Shown: positions 27,990 through 41,353, counted from the stretch's first letter. The stretch: DNA of 64,000 bases from Eledone cirrhosa (GCA_964016885.1 OZ024758.1:8618001-8682000), one strand, 5' to 3'. Made by a program: numbers and translations. The notes: generated from the sequence alone by a model not told the origin.

Positions 27990-28260
27990 AGGCAAAAGAG
28001 GGCGTGGCTATAACGAGCAGTCGGTCATATTAGCAGCTGGAGACGATTCGCGTGCCGAAAGTCACACAATGAGCGAATGAGAAGCACTGGATAGCCGAGA
28101 TGGGCGTGGCTAATGCGCCAACAAAACGCTAAGTGGAGAGACAATTCACATATGCTTTTCAGTCGTTGTTAAAGGCTTTTCACGCAAATTGTCGGGCCAG
28201 GTTTTTTTGAGGAGACATTTTTTTACCCACCGGATCTCCCTGCTCATCGTAAGGTAGGTA
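27990..28260 (+). promoter_or_regulatory. Candidate promoter and short first exon
   Basis: Unique CpG-rich island; GGGCGTGGCTA twice (28000, 28102; Sp/KLF-type GC box); Inr-like TCAGTC at 28159; donor-like gtaagg/gtaggt at 28249-28259. Confidence 0.35.
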
Positions 28261-28339
28261 GGCTTATACCACCGTCTTGGGAGGCCTGAATATATATTTT
28301 TTACCCTGTTGTTGTTGTTTTTGTTTTTCTTGCTTAAAA

Positions 28340-28528
28340 CCTTAGTTCAGCTGCGTGAGAGAACAGACGTATTGTCAAAAGGCTTCCAGTTGTGACCATC
28401 CTGTCTTTTTTTCCCCCTCATATCACACACCTTACATATCCCATACAATATGTCTTTATAAAATCTTAAAATGTGGATTTGAGAGAAATTTCGCGACTAA
28501 AAATCCGCATAAAAAATAACCTCGTGTG

Positions 28529-28569
<41 letters not shown>

Positions 28570-28873
28570 TCACCAGGTTATCCGTGAACGAGCAGACCTA
28601 TGATCAATGACATTCTAGCCGTGACCTCCCCCGTCGTTCCCAATGTGTAAGGAAATCAGAATACTACCGTCCCATGTTTGCAATTTTAAGACCCTAAGGT
28701 TTGATTTGAGGCAGGTTTGACTGCTATGTCTAACGTCAAGTGTACAACGTGGATGATTCCCTGTGGATGCAACCATCTCTGTATTATCTTATAAAGTACC
28801 AGTAATACACTGGAATAATTGCTGGCCTTGTGCCTAAAGTAGAAACAATTATCTTATATAGCTGCATATGTAC

Positions 28874-28911
<38 letters not shown>

Positions 28912-28950
28912 CACGTAATATAAATATAGATATATAAATACATATATATG

Positions 28951-28994
<44 letters not shown>

Positions 28995-29164
28995 TGTATA
29001 TATGTATATATATATATATAACTGTTTCATTCAAAAGAAATCATCAGGAAACGAAACAGTTCTAGTCCTGTAAAAGCCACTTCTATATAAAATTGATGTT
29101 TACACTCTGCTAATGTATTGCGTACCTTGCTAACTGTGGTTACCCCCGATTGAACCCGGGACTC

Positions 29165-29243
<79 letters not shown>

Positions 29244-29684
29244 TGTTGCTGTTAGTACTTAACATTACATAGGCCCTAATCAAACAAAACGCCGCTCCAG
29301 TCGTGATCATCCCATCATTTCATATTCCTATATGTCCTTCCTTTTATTTAAAAGAGAAAAAAGATGTTTACGTATTGGTAAGACTTAGCTGCTATTTCTG
29401 TCGGGTCAAGCGACCACATTTGCGTGTGTGTGTGTGTCTGTGTGTCTGTTTGTCTGTGTGTGTGTGTCTGTGTGTGTGTCTGTGTGTGTGTGTGTGTCTG
29501 TGTGTCTGTGTGTGTGTCCGTGTGTGTGTCTCTGTGTGTGTGTGTGTGTTTGTGTCTGTGTGTATGTGTGTGTGTCTGTGTGTGTGTGTGTCTGTGTGTG
29601 TTTGTGTCTGTGTGTCTGTGTGTGTGTTTGTGTCTGTGTGTCTGTCTGTGTGTGTCTGTGTGTCTGTGTGTCTGTGTGTGTGTC

Positions 29685-29717
<33 letters not shown>

Positions 29718-30285
29718 GTGTGTATGTGTGTGTGTCTGTGTGTGTGTCTGTGTGTGTGTGTGTCTGTGTGTCTGTGTGTGTGTCTGTGTGTGTGTGTGTC
29801 TGTGTATGTATGTGTGTGTGTATGGGTGTGTGTGTGTGTATGTGTGTGTGTCTGTGTCTGTGTGTGTGTGTATGTGTGTGTGTATGTGTGTGTGTCTGTG
29901 TGTGTGTGTCTGTGTGTGTGTGTATGTGTGTGTGTCTGTGTGTGTCTGTGTGTGTGTGTGTGTCTGTGTGTGTATGTGTGTGTGTATGTGTGTGTGTGTG
30001 TCTGTGTGTGTATGTGTGTGTGTCTGTGTGTGTGTGTGTGTGTCTGTGTGTGTGTATGTGTGTGTATGTGTGTGTCTCTGTGTGTCTCTGTGTGTGTGTC
30101 TGTGTGTGTGTATGTGTGTATGTGTGTGTGTCTGTGTGTGTGTGTGTCTGTGTGTGTGCATGTGAACATCCCATGGTTTGATATGTCTAAGACTTACACT
30201 GTCGTAAAAGGTCCTTCCCATTTTTTAAAGAATTAGGATTGTTTGAGGTAGATTTGGCTGCCATTTCGGTAGGGTCAAGTCAACA
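28340..30285 (+). repeat. Cluster of diverged copies of an unclassified interspersed repeat (28345-28500, 28575-28760, 29270-29415, 30160-30285), with a long (GT)/(GTCT) tract at 29425-30158
   Basis: Shared motifs gcagacctatgatca..ttccagccgtgaccatccc and tttgag..agatttggctgctatttc..ggtcaag; a minus-strand copy lies at ~12110-12265. Confidence 0.6.
29021..29165 (+). mobile_element. Family A element with the hammerhead split across the inversion junction
   Basis: Minus arm carries CTGATGA..GAAACAG; plus arm starts at GAAACAG and continues into the family-A tail. Confidence 0.75.
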
Positions 30286-30470
30286 CACAGGGGCTGATGT
30301 TCGTGTGTGTGTGTTAGTCCTTCTGTAAGTCTGTGTGTGTATCAGTTTGTCTTTGTGTGTGTCTGTTATGTTGGTTTGTGAGTGTGTGTGAGTGAGTGTG
30401 TATTCGTGTGTAAAATGAAAAATATCAGTGTGAGTGTATACAAATATAAATGAATGAATGTATGTATGTA

Positions 30471-30517
<47 letters not shown>

Positions 30518-30551
30518 GTGATTGTGTGAGTACGTTTGTATGTATACATAC

Positions 30552-30583
<32 letters not shown>

Positions 30584-30653
30584 GCATGTGTGTATACATA
30601 CATACATACATACGTACTCACACAATCACACACATACACACACCCACACACAC

Positions 30654-30713
<60 letters not shown>

Positions 30714-30946
30714 GTATACATATATAAATGTATGTATGTCTATATATATATAGACATTCATACATTTATATATGTATACATTCACACTGTTATTTACACT
30801 GATATATGTGTGTTTGTGTGTGTGTATGTATATGTATGTATGTATGTATGTAGAAAGTAAATAGAAATAACAAAGCATATATATATATATACAGTAATAA
30901 TAAATGTAAAGACTAAAATCCGAAGAGGCCTCGATAAGGATTATAT

Positions 30947-31007
<61 letters not shown>

Positions 31008-31076
31008 GTAGAACAAATATTCCAGGACAGATTAAAGTTTAAGTAAAGAATCGTTTAAATGTTAATCTGTTCTTAT

Positions 31077-31167
<91 letters not shown>

Positions 31168-31170
31168 TGA

Positions 31171-31219
31171 GATTCTACAGGACTAGAACTGTTTCATTCT
31201 TTAGAAATCATCAGGAATC
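31171..31219 (-). ncRNA. Type I hammerhead ribozyme, family A (intact, inverted copy)
   Basis: Exact reverse complement of 31225-31273. Confidence 0.88.
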
Positions 31220-31224
31220 CCAGA

Positions 31225-31273
31225 GATTCCTGATGATTTCTAAAGAATGAAACAGTTCTAGTCCTGTAGAATC
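31225..31273 (+). ncRNA. Type I hammerhead ribozyme, family A (intact), in element 31161-31358
   Basis: GATTC-CTGATGA-tTTCtaaaGAAt-GAAA-CAG..CTG-TA|GAATC. Confidence 0.88.
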
Positions 31274-31516
31274 TCATCTATATTAAAACTGTTATACTCT
31301 GCAATGTATTGAGTACCTTACTTACTGTGGTTACCTCCGATTCAACCCGGAATAACGTATATATATATATATACATTTATGTATAAATGTATATATCTTT
31401 GTGTGAGTGTGTGGTGTATAAAAGTACATACATATATATATATATAACAAACAGCGAATTTTCAACAGTCATGGTTGTTTTCCATGGTTATGTCACTATT
31501 TATAAAACAAATTTTA

Positions 31517-31581
31517 TATTTTATCTGATGAAAGCGCACCAATATTGGCTTGGTCACCCTTGAAATATATATAATAAAATA
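31517..31581 (+). ncRNA. Type I hammerhead ribozyme, family E, in element 31447-31716
   Basis: TATTTTAT-CTGATGA-AAG..CTT-GAAA-TATATA-TA|ATAAAATA; perfect 8-bp helix I. Confidence 0.8.
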
Positions 31582-31712
31582 ATTATGGTTCTATAAATAT
31601 AGTTTCCATTTATTAATATATTGGAATATTTACTCCAGTTAACTGTTGAGTGCTCTATATCAGTTATAAACATTTATGTTTGTTGGAATCCCAACAAATT
31701 AAATATAACTTC

Positions 31713-31792
<80 letters not shown>

Positions 31793-31809
31793 TATATATA
31801 TATATACAC

Positions 31810-31878
<69 letters not shown>

Positions 31879-32540
31879 TATATATATAAATATACACATA
31901 CACACACACATACACATATATATATACATATATATAGGGCGTTGATAATTATGTTGTTAATTTTTGTTATTGACATGGGGACCTTATTACAGTGGTGTTG
32001 TTGTCGTTGTTATTGTTACTGGTGGTGGTGGTGGTGGTGGTGGTGGTGATGCTGGCGGGGAGGGGGGGTTGTTGTTGTTGTTGTTAAATGTATATCTGTA
32101 TTATAATATATGATCTGAGTTCAAATCCCGCCGAGGTTAACTTTGCCTTTCATCCTGGCGGGGGTCGATAAAATAAAGTACCAGTAATACACTGGGATAA
32201 TTGCTGGCCTTGTGCCTAACGTAGAAACAATCATTATAATGACTGTGAACGTTATTCAGTCATTCTTTAATCTTATACCTCCGTTACAAAATCAAAATTG
32301 AAGACTGGTTGATACAAAAGTATAAATCCCTCGAGATAATCCAGTATTAATTTCCGATGTGAAATCGCGTCCAAATTCTTCCGGGGATCGATAAAATAAA
32401 GTACCAGTCAAGTACATGAATCGATATGATCTCCAGAATTGCTGGCCTTGTGCCCAAATTAGAAAGTATTATGAAACCACTACATGTTAGGCATGACGTC
32501 GAAAACAACATGGTGTCTCAAGGTTCTTGTAACAGACAAT

Positions 32541-32658
<118 letters not shown>

Positions 32659-32790
32659 TGTGTGTGTGTCTGTGTGTATTATATATATATATTCATTTTA
32701 TTAACGCTAGATAGTGAGTCTTGTTATTCTGCAGTTTCGCCTGCTTGCCACGGGATCATTAGACTACACACAGATATATATATATATATA

Positions 32791-32836
<46 letters not shown>

Positions 32837-32905
32837 TGTATATATATATATATATATATTAATTCAAAATATTAACAAAAATAGACATTCGTGTGATCAA
32901 GTATA

Positions 32906-32968
32906 TTTTATTATACATATTTCAGAGGTACTGAGCTATCTTCAACAGTACGTCCTCATCCGATAAAA
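32906..32968 (-). ncRNA. Family D hammerhead with core mutation (CGGATGA), in element 32860-33178
   Basis: Homologous to 6847-6910; helix II GTACTG..CAGTAC is retained. Confidence 0.6.
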
Positions 32969-33173
32969 TAAGATGATGCATGACATACCCTGACTTAGTA
33001 GATGGTTAAGATTCAGTCATGGTAGTGAATAAGATATGACAAAACTCAATATACCTTAAGATTGAGACATGAAAAAATTACATACAATACAGAGGGTGCG
33101 TGTTTTTGTGGAGTGCTTCCAATCTATTGTAAAACTCATTCTTTGATTTATTCATTGAACCTTGTTTAACCTT

Positions 33174-33252
<79 letters not shown>

Positions 33253-33435
33253 TAAAAGAGAAAACACAGGTAAGCATTAAGAGAAGGATTTAATCCAGGT
33301 ATTTACGACCGTTTCATTGGTAAGTGCAACCTTATATTGCTATACTGCAAATAGCAGCCACTCAATTATAATTGTTGTTCACAGTCCAAATTTTCAAAAT
33401 AGTCAATATTATATATATATTATATATATATATAT

Positions 33436-33481
33436 TTCCTGATGATTTCCTTGGAATGAAACAGTTATTAGTCCTGTAGAA
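33436..33481 (+). ncRNA. Type I hammerhead ribozyme, family A subfamily (element 33435-33562)
   Basis: TTC-CTGATGA-tTTCcttgGAAt-GAAA-CAG..CTG-TA|GAA; the helix II loop differs while the stem is kept. Confidence 0.75.
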
Positions 33482-33602
33482 GCCATTTCTATATTAAATA
33501 TTTATACTCTGCTATGTATTGAGTACCTTAGTTACTGTGGTTACTCACTATTGAACCCGAGATACACACACACAAACACACACACACACGCACGCACGCA
33601 CT

Positions 33603-33637
<35 letters not shown>

Positions 33638-33769
33638 GTGTGTGAGTGTGTGTGAGTGTGTGTGTTGTGAGTGCGTGTGTGACTAATAACAGAGCTACAA
33701 TAAATATTACGATGTGTTTTCCCGCTGTTTGGAAACGGAAACAAATAGACATAACTTTTTAATCTTTAA

Positions 33770-34140
33770 ACACTGGTCTAAGTCGTTGAACTGTGATTCT
33801 GCTGGACCAACGCCTTCAAGTGTTCAGTTGATCATATTGAAAATAAGGCTTATTTTTTCAAGCGGCTTACTTTTTTCATATATCACTGTTTCCGAACTGC
33901 TAAGGTACCCGATATAAAGATGCAATACCAATTGTTAAGCAATGTAAACATAAACACAAACAGAGGCACACAAATGCAAATATAAATATATGTATAAGAT
34001 GAACTTCAACCTAGTTTCTGTCAACTAAATTTCATTGACAAGACAGCGATCAACTTGAATCTATAGAAGATGCTTGATCAAGGTAGAATGTAGTGAGACT
34101 GAATCCGAAAACACTTGGTTATAAAGCCAGGCCTAACCTG
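33770..34140 (-). mobile_element. Highly diverged long (composite) SINE; its 3' tail also appears at 58070-58125 (+)
   Basis: Recognisable blocks aacgccttcaag, ccgaactgctaag, ctatagaaga..caaggt..gtgagactgaatccg, recalled as resembling abundant octopus SINEs. Confidence 0.55.
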
Positions 34141-34152
34141 GGTTTATATATA

Positions 34153-34289
<137 letters not shown>

Positions 34290-34613
34290 ATACTACACTA
34301 TGCTCACATATGCACTAAATGAGCGAAAGGCAGACGAAAAACATACATAGAAAAGAGTAAGCGCACATGTACACACATTCACTAAAACGAACATATTGGT
34401 AAATATGTGTTTGTGTGTGTGTAGGGCAGGTGTGGGTATGTATGAATTTGCGTGTGAATGTGGGTGTGTTTGTATGTGTGTGTGTGTGTTTGTATGTGTG
34501 TGTTACATGGACCGATTCGATAGCAGGTAAGGATTTCCGAAGTGTAGAGTACTAAGTCGAATAATGGTCTTCGTAACATCTCACACACACACACACACAC
34601 ATACACACACACA

Positions 34614-34661
<48 letters not shown>

Positions 34662-34720
34662 TAAACACCACACACCATACCACACACACACACATATATA
34701 TTTATATATATATATATATA

Positions 34721-34974
<254 letters not shown>

Positions 34975-35092
34975 AAATAACCAAAGGCATATATATATAT
35001 GTGTATATGTTTAAGATTTTGCCGCCTAAAATCCTACTTTCTACACCAACATACAATAAGCTAGATATACTTGTAAGACAAACGTTATAAAA

Positions 35093-35273
35093 GCACAAGG
35101 CCAGAAACATTTTCCAGTACATTACTGGTACTTTATTTTATCGACCCCGTAAGGATGACAAGCAAAGTTAACCCGCCGAGGTTAACTTTGCCTTTCATCC
35201 TTACGGGGGTCGATAAAATAAAGTACCAGTAATGTTCTGGTTCATTTCTGGCCTTGTGCCAAAAGTAGAAACA
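35093..35273. mobile_element. Head-to-head inverted pair of SINE 3' halves with an 8-bp TSD
   Basis: Minus half 35093-35172 joined to plus half 35173-35273; gttataaa at 35084-35091 and 35274-35281. Confidence 0.85.
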
Positions 35274-35448
35274 GTTATAAAGGAAGAAAAAACTAAGGAA
35301 AATAGTTACAAAATATATAATATACATAAAAACAGAAAAGTCATAAAGTCAATATATATATATATAATACAAAATATATAATAAAATTAATAATGAATTA
35401 ACCTTAGCAAAATGTATAATATATATTATACAGTATACACACATACAA

Positions 35449-35479
<31 letters not shown>

Positions 35480-35650
35480 TCGTTTCTGAATTATTGGCAA
35501 CATGACCCTCCCAAAGTATAACAATATATATATATATATACATACCTACATTATACATACATATATATATATAGATAGATAGGTAGATAGATATAAACAA
35601 TTAAAATGGGATATGTGTAAAATATATACATATAAAAATATATGATGAAT

Positions 35651-35749
<99 letters not shown>

Positions 35750-35989
35750 AAGGGAAACAGAAGCAAATGAAAAATGAGAATGGCGAAAAGAATTATATTG
35801 GTGAATGTAAATTTCATATTGATGGCATTAGAGTTGTTTTACATGAGATTTTATGAGCTGATTTTTACTAAATGTAGGTATCAAATGTATTTTGTAAAAT
35901 GTTTCTGTTTTTTTTTTGTTTTTGTTTTTGTTTTGTTTTTTTGTTGGTCTTCCAAGTATACAAATGTAGAGATTTAGCCTTCAGATGTT

Positions 35990-36960
35990 GGAATTTTCTC
36001 AGCATGTACTGATCTTTGTGTTGCCAATTCAAACCAGTTCAGACCTTTTATTTAGTAGTATATAATCATGTCAGACGTTAATTTTCTCTTTTAAGCAGAA
36101 TTGCCTTCACTGAGACCCGTTACTGTACGAGGACATTTTCCATGACTGACCAGTCTATTTTTATCTATTTTTTTTCATTTTTCTCTTTAAGGCTTCAGAT
36201 ATATTTAATGTTCCTTTATTATGGATGCCGAGAAGAAAATAGGTACTGCGTACATCGGCTTTTGAATTGGTCGTAAGACCGATATAGCTTCAGAGTATAT
36301 CTTAAGCTGAAAAGATTTTATCTCGGTATGTCTATGTTTTATCAAGGCACTAACCATTGAGGGGGAAATAGAGGTGGCGGTTCAAACATGTTTATATTTA
36401 TATTTGTGGCTGTGATTGTATAATTTCTTCTGTTGTTTTCAATTGAATTAGTGAGTTTTTCTGGGTAACTATATCTAACGTTTGTTGTATCTTTGCTAAT
36501 GAGTTTGTGATATCTGTGTGAGCTACGGAAATGCATTATTTCCAGGAAATGCCTGTAACATAGCTAATTTTACCTTTCCTATGATGAGAATGACTTACCA
36601 AAATCCTTAAGCATCCTATCTTTTTTAGATATACTTCATCCAGAACTGCATAATCCGATGTTTCCTTGTTCTTTTTTTGGGGGGTGGGGTATTTCTAACA
36701 AGTCGAGAGAGAGAGATGGAGGCGATGACAGCGGGACTTCGGCTCTTCCGTGTTCGGACATATTGCACCCGCTATGTGAATCATGTGATATTTTTCTACA
36801 TTTATACTATTGTCTTGAGTTATCCCTCCAAGGTGGAACATTCATTTTGCTTTTTCTAATGGCTAGAATCTATGTGGCTCACCACATCTGGATACTCATA
36901 GATTTCTTCCCTAACTGGAGCAGTTGTACCAAACCATTGTCGAATTAATAGTCAATAGTC
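35990..36960 (-). mobile_element. Degenerate Neptune-type Penelope-like element coding fragment (thumb/linker plus GIY-YIG endonuclease)
   Basis: Minus translations with stops/frameshifts: HFRSSHRYHKLISKDTTNVRYSY, PLNG*CL, TYRDKI...SYIGLT, KYI*SLKEK..IDWSV..YSNGS..CLKEK. The part above ~36600 (putative RT) is less certain. Confidence 0.7.
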
Positions 36961-37299
36961 AGTTGAGTTCATGATGCCTAGGTCATCTAGTTAAACTGAT
37001 GATTGCCGCATGAGCTACTGCTTTCTATGAGACAAGCAGGATAATAAATTGATATAGTGTGATGATACTATCCAGTATGACATAGAAATGATACTAGCTG
37101 ACGTAAGACGGAATGATAACGACCCCTGCGATGTGTTTTGTAACAGAGTCTGATGTACTCACTATGTAAGTATGACCAGTGTCATAGAATGTTTGACAAT
37201 GATTCTTGTCATATATAATGACAGTAACTACACAATGAGAATGTGTGTCAGGGTCATATGCGACAGTGATTATCACCGTTGTCATGTGTGCCATTGGTA

Positions 37300-37736
37300 A
37301 CTATACCAATATAACACCAAGGAGTATATAACAGATATTAGCAAAAGACATCCAACGTAGCTGATGATGATGATCTATGCAATTTTTCAGACATTGTGTG
37401 ACAATGTCCATCTTGAGACATTGTGACACGCTGTCTCAAGATGGACATTGTTACACAATGTCTGAAAAATTGCATAGATCATCATCGTCAGCTACGTTGG
37501 ATGTCTTTTGCTAATATCTGTTATATATTCCTTGGTGTTGGTGGATTGGCAGTATCGGTAGAGGGTCGGACGCCATGCTTTCCAGCATAGTTACGTCCCT
37601 TTACGATCTGAGTTCAAATCCCGCCGAGGTTGACTTTGCCTTTCATCCTTACGGGGTCGATAAAATAAAGTACCAGTAATGCACTGGGTAATTGCTGGCC
37701 TTGTGCCTAAAGTAGAAACAGTTATATTGGTATAGT
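37300..37736. repeat. ~120-bp inverted duplication (37300-37420 / 37432-37539 plus 37721-37736) whose right arm is interrupted by a full-length SINE (37540-37720, +)
   Basis: Arms are near-perfect reverse complements; the right arm resumes as gttatattggtatagt after the SINE. Confidence 0.9.
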
Positions 37737-37908
37737 GTCCATCCTGAGACATTGTGTGACAATGTCCATCTAAGATGATAATTTCATGTACTTTGCAGCC
37801 CAGTGAATCTATCAGTCTAATGTCAGTCATTCATGGCAGACATCTAACATAACAATTTACATCCAACATACACCAATGAAAATGTTCTTCTAAAGTGACA
37901 TATTTATA

Positions 37909-37944
<36 letters not shown>

Positions 37945-38005
37945 TGTATATAGAAATGGCTTCTACAGGACTAGAACTGTTTGACTCGAAGGATATCATC
38001 AGGGC

Positions 38006-38052
38006 TTTCCTGATGATTTCCTTCGAATGAAACAGTTCTAGTCCTGTAGAAG
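38006..38052 (+). ncRNA. Type I hammerhead ribozyme, family A subfamily (element 37950-38130)
   Basis: TTTC-CTGATGA-tTTCcttcGAAt-GAAA-CAG..CTG-TA|GAAG; the inverted copy at ~37959-38004 has GAAA->CAAA. Confidence 0.78.
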
Positions 38053-38128
38053 TCATTTCTATATTAAATATTTATAGTGTGTTAGGTATTGAGTACCTTA
38101 CATACTGTGGTTACCTCCGATTGAACCC

Positions 38129-38241
<113 letters not shown>

Positions 38242-38365
38242 GAATGAATATATATATTTGAAGGCGCGTGTGGCTGATTCGCAATCATAAGGTTGTGAGT
38301 TCGATTCCCGGACTAGGCGATGTGTCATGTCTTTGAGCAAGACACTTATTTCACATATTTCACGT

Positions 38366-38420
<55 letters not shown>

Positions 38421-38426
38421 TATATG

Positions 38427-38457
<31 letters not shown>

Positions 38458-38526
38458 TATAATATATATATATATATAATATATATATATATATAATATA
38501 TAATATATATATATATATATAATATA

Positions 38527-38557
<31 letters not shown>

Positions 38558-38624
38558 ATATATGACCATCAACTATGCAGTCAATGACATGTCCAACCAG
38601 TATGACAGCCAGTGATATGTCCAT

Positions 38625-38985
38625 CCTGTCTGTCAGCCAATGAAATGCTTTTGACAACCTGTCTGTCAGCCAATGAAATGTTTTTGACGTCCTGTTTGTC
38701 AACTAATGAACTGCTTTTGACATCATGTCTGTCAGCCAATGAAATGCCTTTGACGTCCTGTCTATCAGCCAATGAAATGCTTTTGACATCCAGTCTGTCA
38801 GCCAATGAACTGTTTTTGACAACCTGTCTGTCAGCCAATGAACTGTTTTTGACAACCTGTCTGTCAGCCAATGAACTGTTTTTGACAACCTGTCTGTCAG
38901 CCAATGAAATGCTTTTGACATCCAGTCTGTCAGCCAATGAAATGCTTTTGACATCCAGTCTGTCAGCCAATGAAATGCTTATGAC
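38625..38985. repeat. 33-bp minisatellite (~11 copies)
   Basis: Unit tgtctgtcagccaatgaaatgcttttgacaacc. Confidence 0.95.
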
Positions 38986-39384
38986 ATTTTCAGACAGCCA
39001 TTGATAAATATATCAACTTTTAACGGTCCTTCATTACAATACCCAGCGATATGTAAATGCCGTCTCACAGCCAATAGTATATTGATACGACATATTATAT
39101 GTCAATATGTCAATCTACTACGTCAGCTAATGAAAATATCATTCAGCTGTGACGGCAAATGATTTGCCCATCTCCTATGAAAGAGAATAGAATTCTCCAT
39201 GTTTTTAACAGTGTCCAGCTTATGTTACCCTAGTCACATGGTGATGTAAGGCAGTGTTTAAATAGTAAGTATTACAGTATTACAATAACTCCAGTGACGA
39301 CACAAAGCAGTATAGCAGCTGCAGATTAGACAAAACCAGAAATATACGTAAACTTAGCACGGCTTTGTGAGCCATGGTCTGTAT

Positions 39385-39678
39385 CAGTCATGAGCAACCT
39401 GCGGCCCGCGAAGCTTTCTCAATGGCTCGCCTAAGTCATCTAAGTGAAATCTTTCTGATTTGTTTTTTACCCCAACTTTTCAGTCGTAATTTATCTTTCT
39501 ATCATTTTTACGATCGAGGAAAACAACGTGTACGAATTCTGAAGAAACAAATCAAAACAACCTGAGTTACCGCCCTTCTTTTAAATGTGGGCACGAATGT
39601 AAGTTAGCGCTTGCGGCCCGCCTGATGATGAACCATATCTCATGGGACCCGATTCTCGATAAAGGCTGCCCATGCCTG
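39385..39678. mobile_element. hAT (Charlie-like) MITE with 8-bp TSD
   Basis: TIRs cagtcatgagcaacc / ggctgcccatgcctg; flanks gtctgtat / gtctatat; internal tgcggcccgc motifs. Confidence 0.82.
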
Positions 39679-40070
39679 GTCTATATGTTGTCTAATGAAA
39701 ACTAATAACTGACCCTCTTTCTACAAACAAAAGCTAATAACTCATAGTCCAAAAGGAAAATTCCTGTTTTCACAATTACAAAATAATTGTGGTAAAAGTT
39801 ATGGTTACGTTCCCCTTAACAGCAGCAGCGGCAGCAGCAGCAGCAGCAGCAGCATGTATTAAGTGTTTCAGGTAAACTTAATCCATTTAATCAAGATGCA
39901 TCTGCTGAAATTTCAATAAACATGTCCAGTTTCATCAATGACACGTGACTACATATGGGACACAATCTATGACGTCAAATGGCATCAGTCATGCGCCATT
40001 GTGGGTCAGTTGACCATTTCAATTTCGAGTTCAGATACATGTAGCTAGTATATATATATATATAAGTATG

Positions 40071-40129
<59 letters not shown>

Positions 40130-40131
<2 letters not shown>

Positions 40132-40331
40132 CGAAGGAAATGTGGTAAGGAACCAGGTGGACCATAACGCACCAAAGTACTCAATACTTGAGGTAGTAGA
40201 GTGGGTAATAGGAACCAGTAAGACCCCGACAGCTGAGCTCAAGCCGTTTCGACGGCTAATTCTGGACCAGAATTAGGTCCAGAATTAGCCGTCGAAACGG
40301 CTTGAGCTCAGCTGTCGGGGTCTTACTGGTT

Positions 40332-40335
<4 letters not shown>
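40130..40335 (-). mobile_element. (TA)n-embedded element, family B, with inverted 5' copy and hammerhead 3' half
   Basis: GAAACGGCttgagctcaGC(T/C)GTC helix III/GUC motif on both arms; other copies at 47384-47587, 49628-49740, 53928-53990, 54412-54585 and 55335-55460. Confidence 0.8.
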
Positions 40336-40374
<39 letters not shown>

Positions 40375-41314
40375 AAAGTTTGTCCTTCATCAGTGATCTT
40401 CCAACCATCATAGGCATTTCATCGCTTTAAAGACCATATACCTCCGGTTGGTGCGAGCAACGGCTAAAAAAAGTCGTTGGGACACGTAAATAAAGGGGAC
40501 GCGAGGGTAAACAAACAAAATGGTGAAGCAACAGAAAGTGAGGATTTTCTAACACCCCACTTCACCACATTTATTTTGTTGAATTTTCCGGGATACAGGA
40601 GCATAACAATCTGTCTTCTTGCAGTGAACCATAAATTGGAACATATTATTTATCTCCAATATGGTGAGAGGTAAAAAAGAAAGAATCATACCGCATCGTC
40701 CTTCACGCGGGTTAACAAGGGACGCATTCAGGCCTTAGGTAGATGTGCCCTATTCGAAAAATATATTGCGGTCTCCATTTCATACTGTAAAAGCTAGCGA
40801 GTGGCCAGCAATCTGTCCTGGGAGGCGTGGGATGGACGCATAAAGATTCTATCTCGAGACCCCAAACGGGGGTTCGGAAGGAAGGAAATACAAAAGGAAT
40901 TGATCATAAGTAGATTTAGTAAAATATGATTACAAAAATGAATAAGGGCTCTATGTTGTAAATAGGATCGCAGTTCGTCACAAACTTATCTCATTAAGAT
41001 GTTTGTTACACAATATAGAAACAAAGATTTCTATATAAGGCATCACAAATGTCACAATTCTACAGACAACAGAAACGTGGTGGTGTTTAGATGGGTGAAG
41101 TGAATCGAAAACAAGTATCAATCCGGAATTTTACCTCTTGCACTGTTAAACCCACTGTTCAATATATGATCAATGTAGGGGCACATAGGACAAATACAGT
41201 GGAAAAGGATAGGTACATAGATAAATAGATAGGTAGATAGGTAGATAGGTAGATAGATAGATATATTTCTTTATTAGCCACAAGGGCGCACAAGAAAAGG
41301 GGACAATACAAAGG

Positions 41315-41353
<39 letters not shown>

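Noticed and set aside
32724-32768. Minus-strand CTAATGA..CGAAACTGCAG hammerhead relic
   Set aside because: Two core substitutions and poor helix I; plausible relic but unsupported as a single copy.
36192-36245. Plus-strand exon with ATG (MDAEKKI)
   Set aside because: Weak donor, and the region is better explained as an antisense PLE GIY-YIG relic.
40189-40210. let-7-like tgaggtagtag
   Set aside because: A point variant of the family B repeat (other copies read tagggtagtag); no precursor hairpin.
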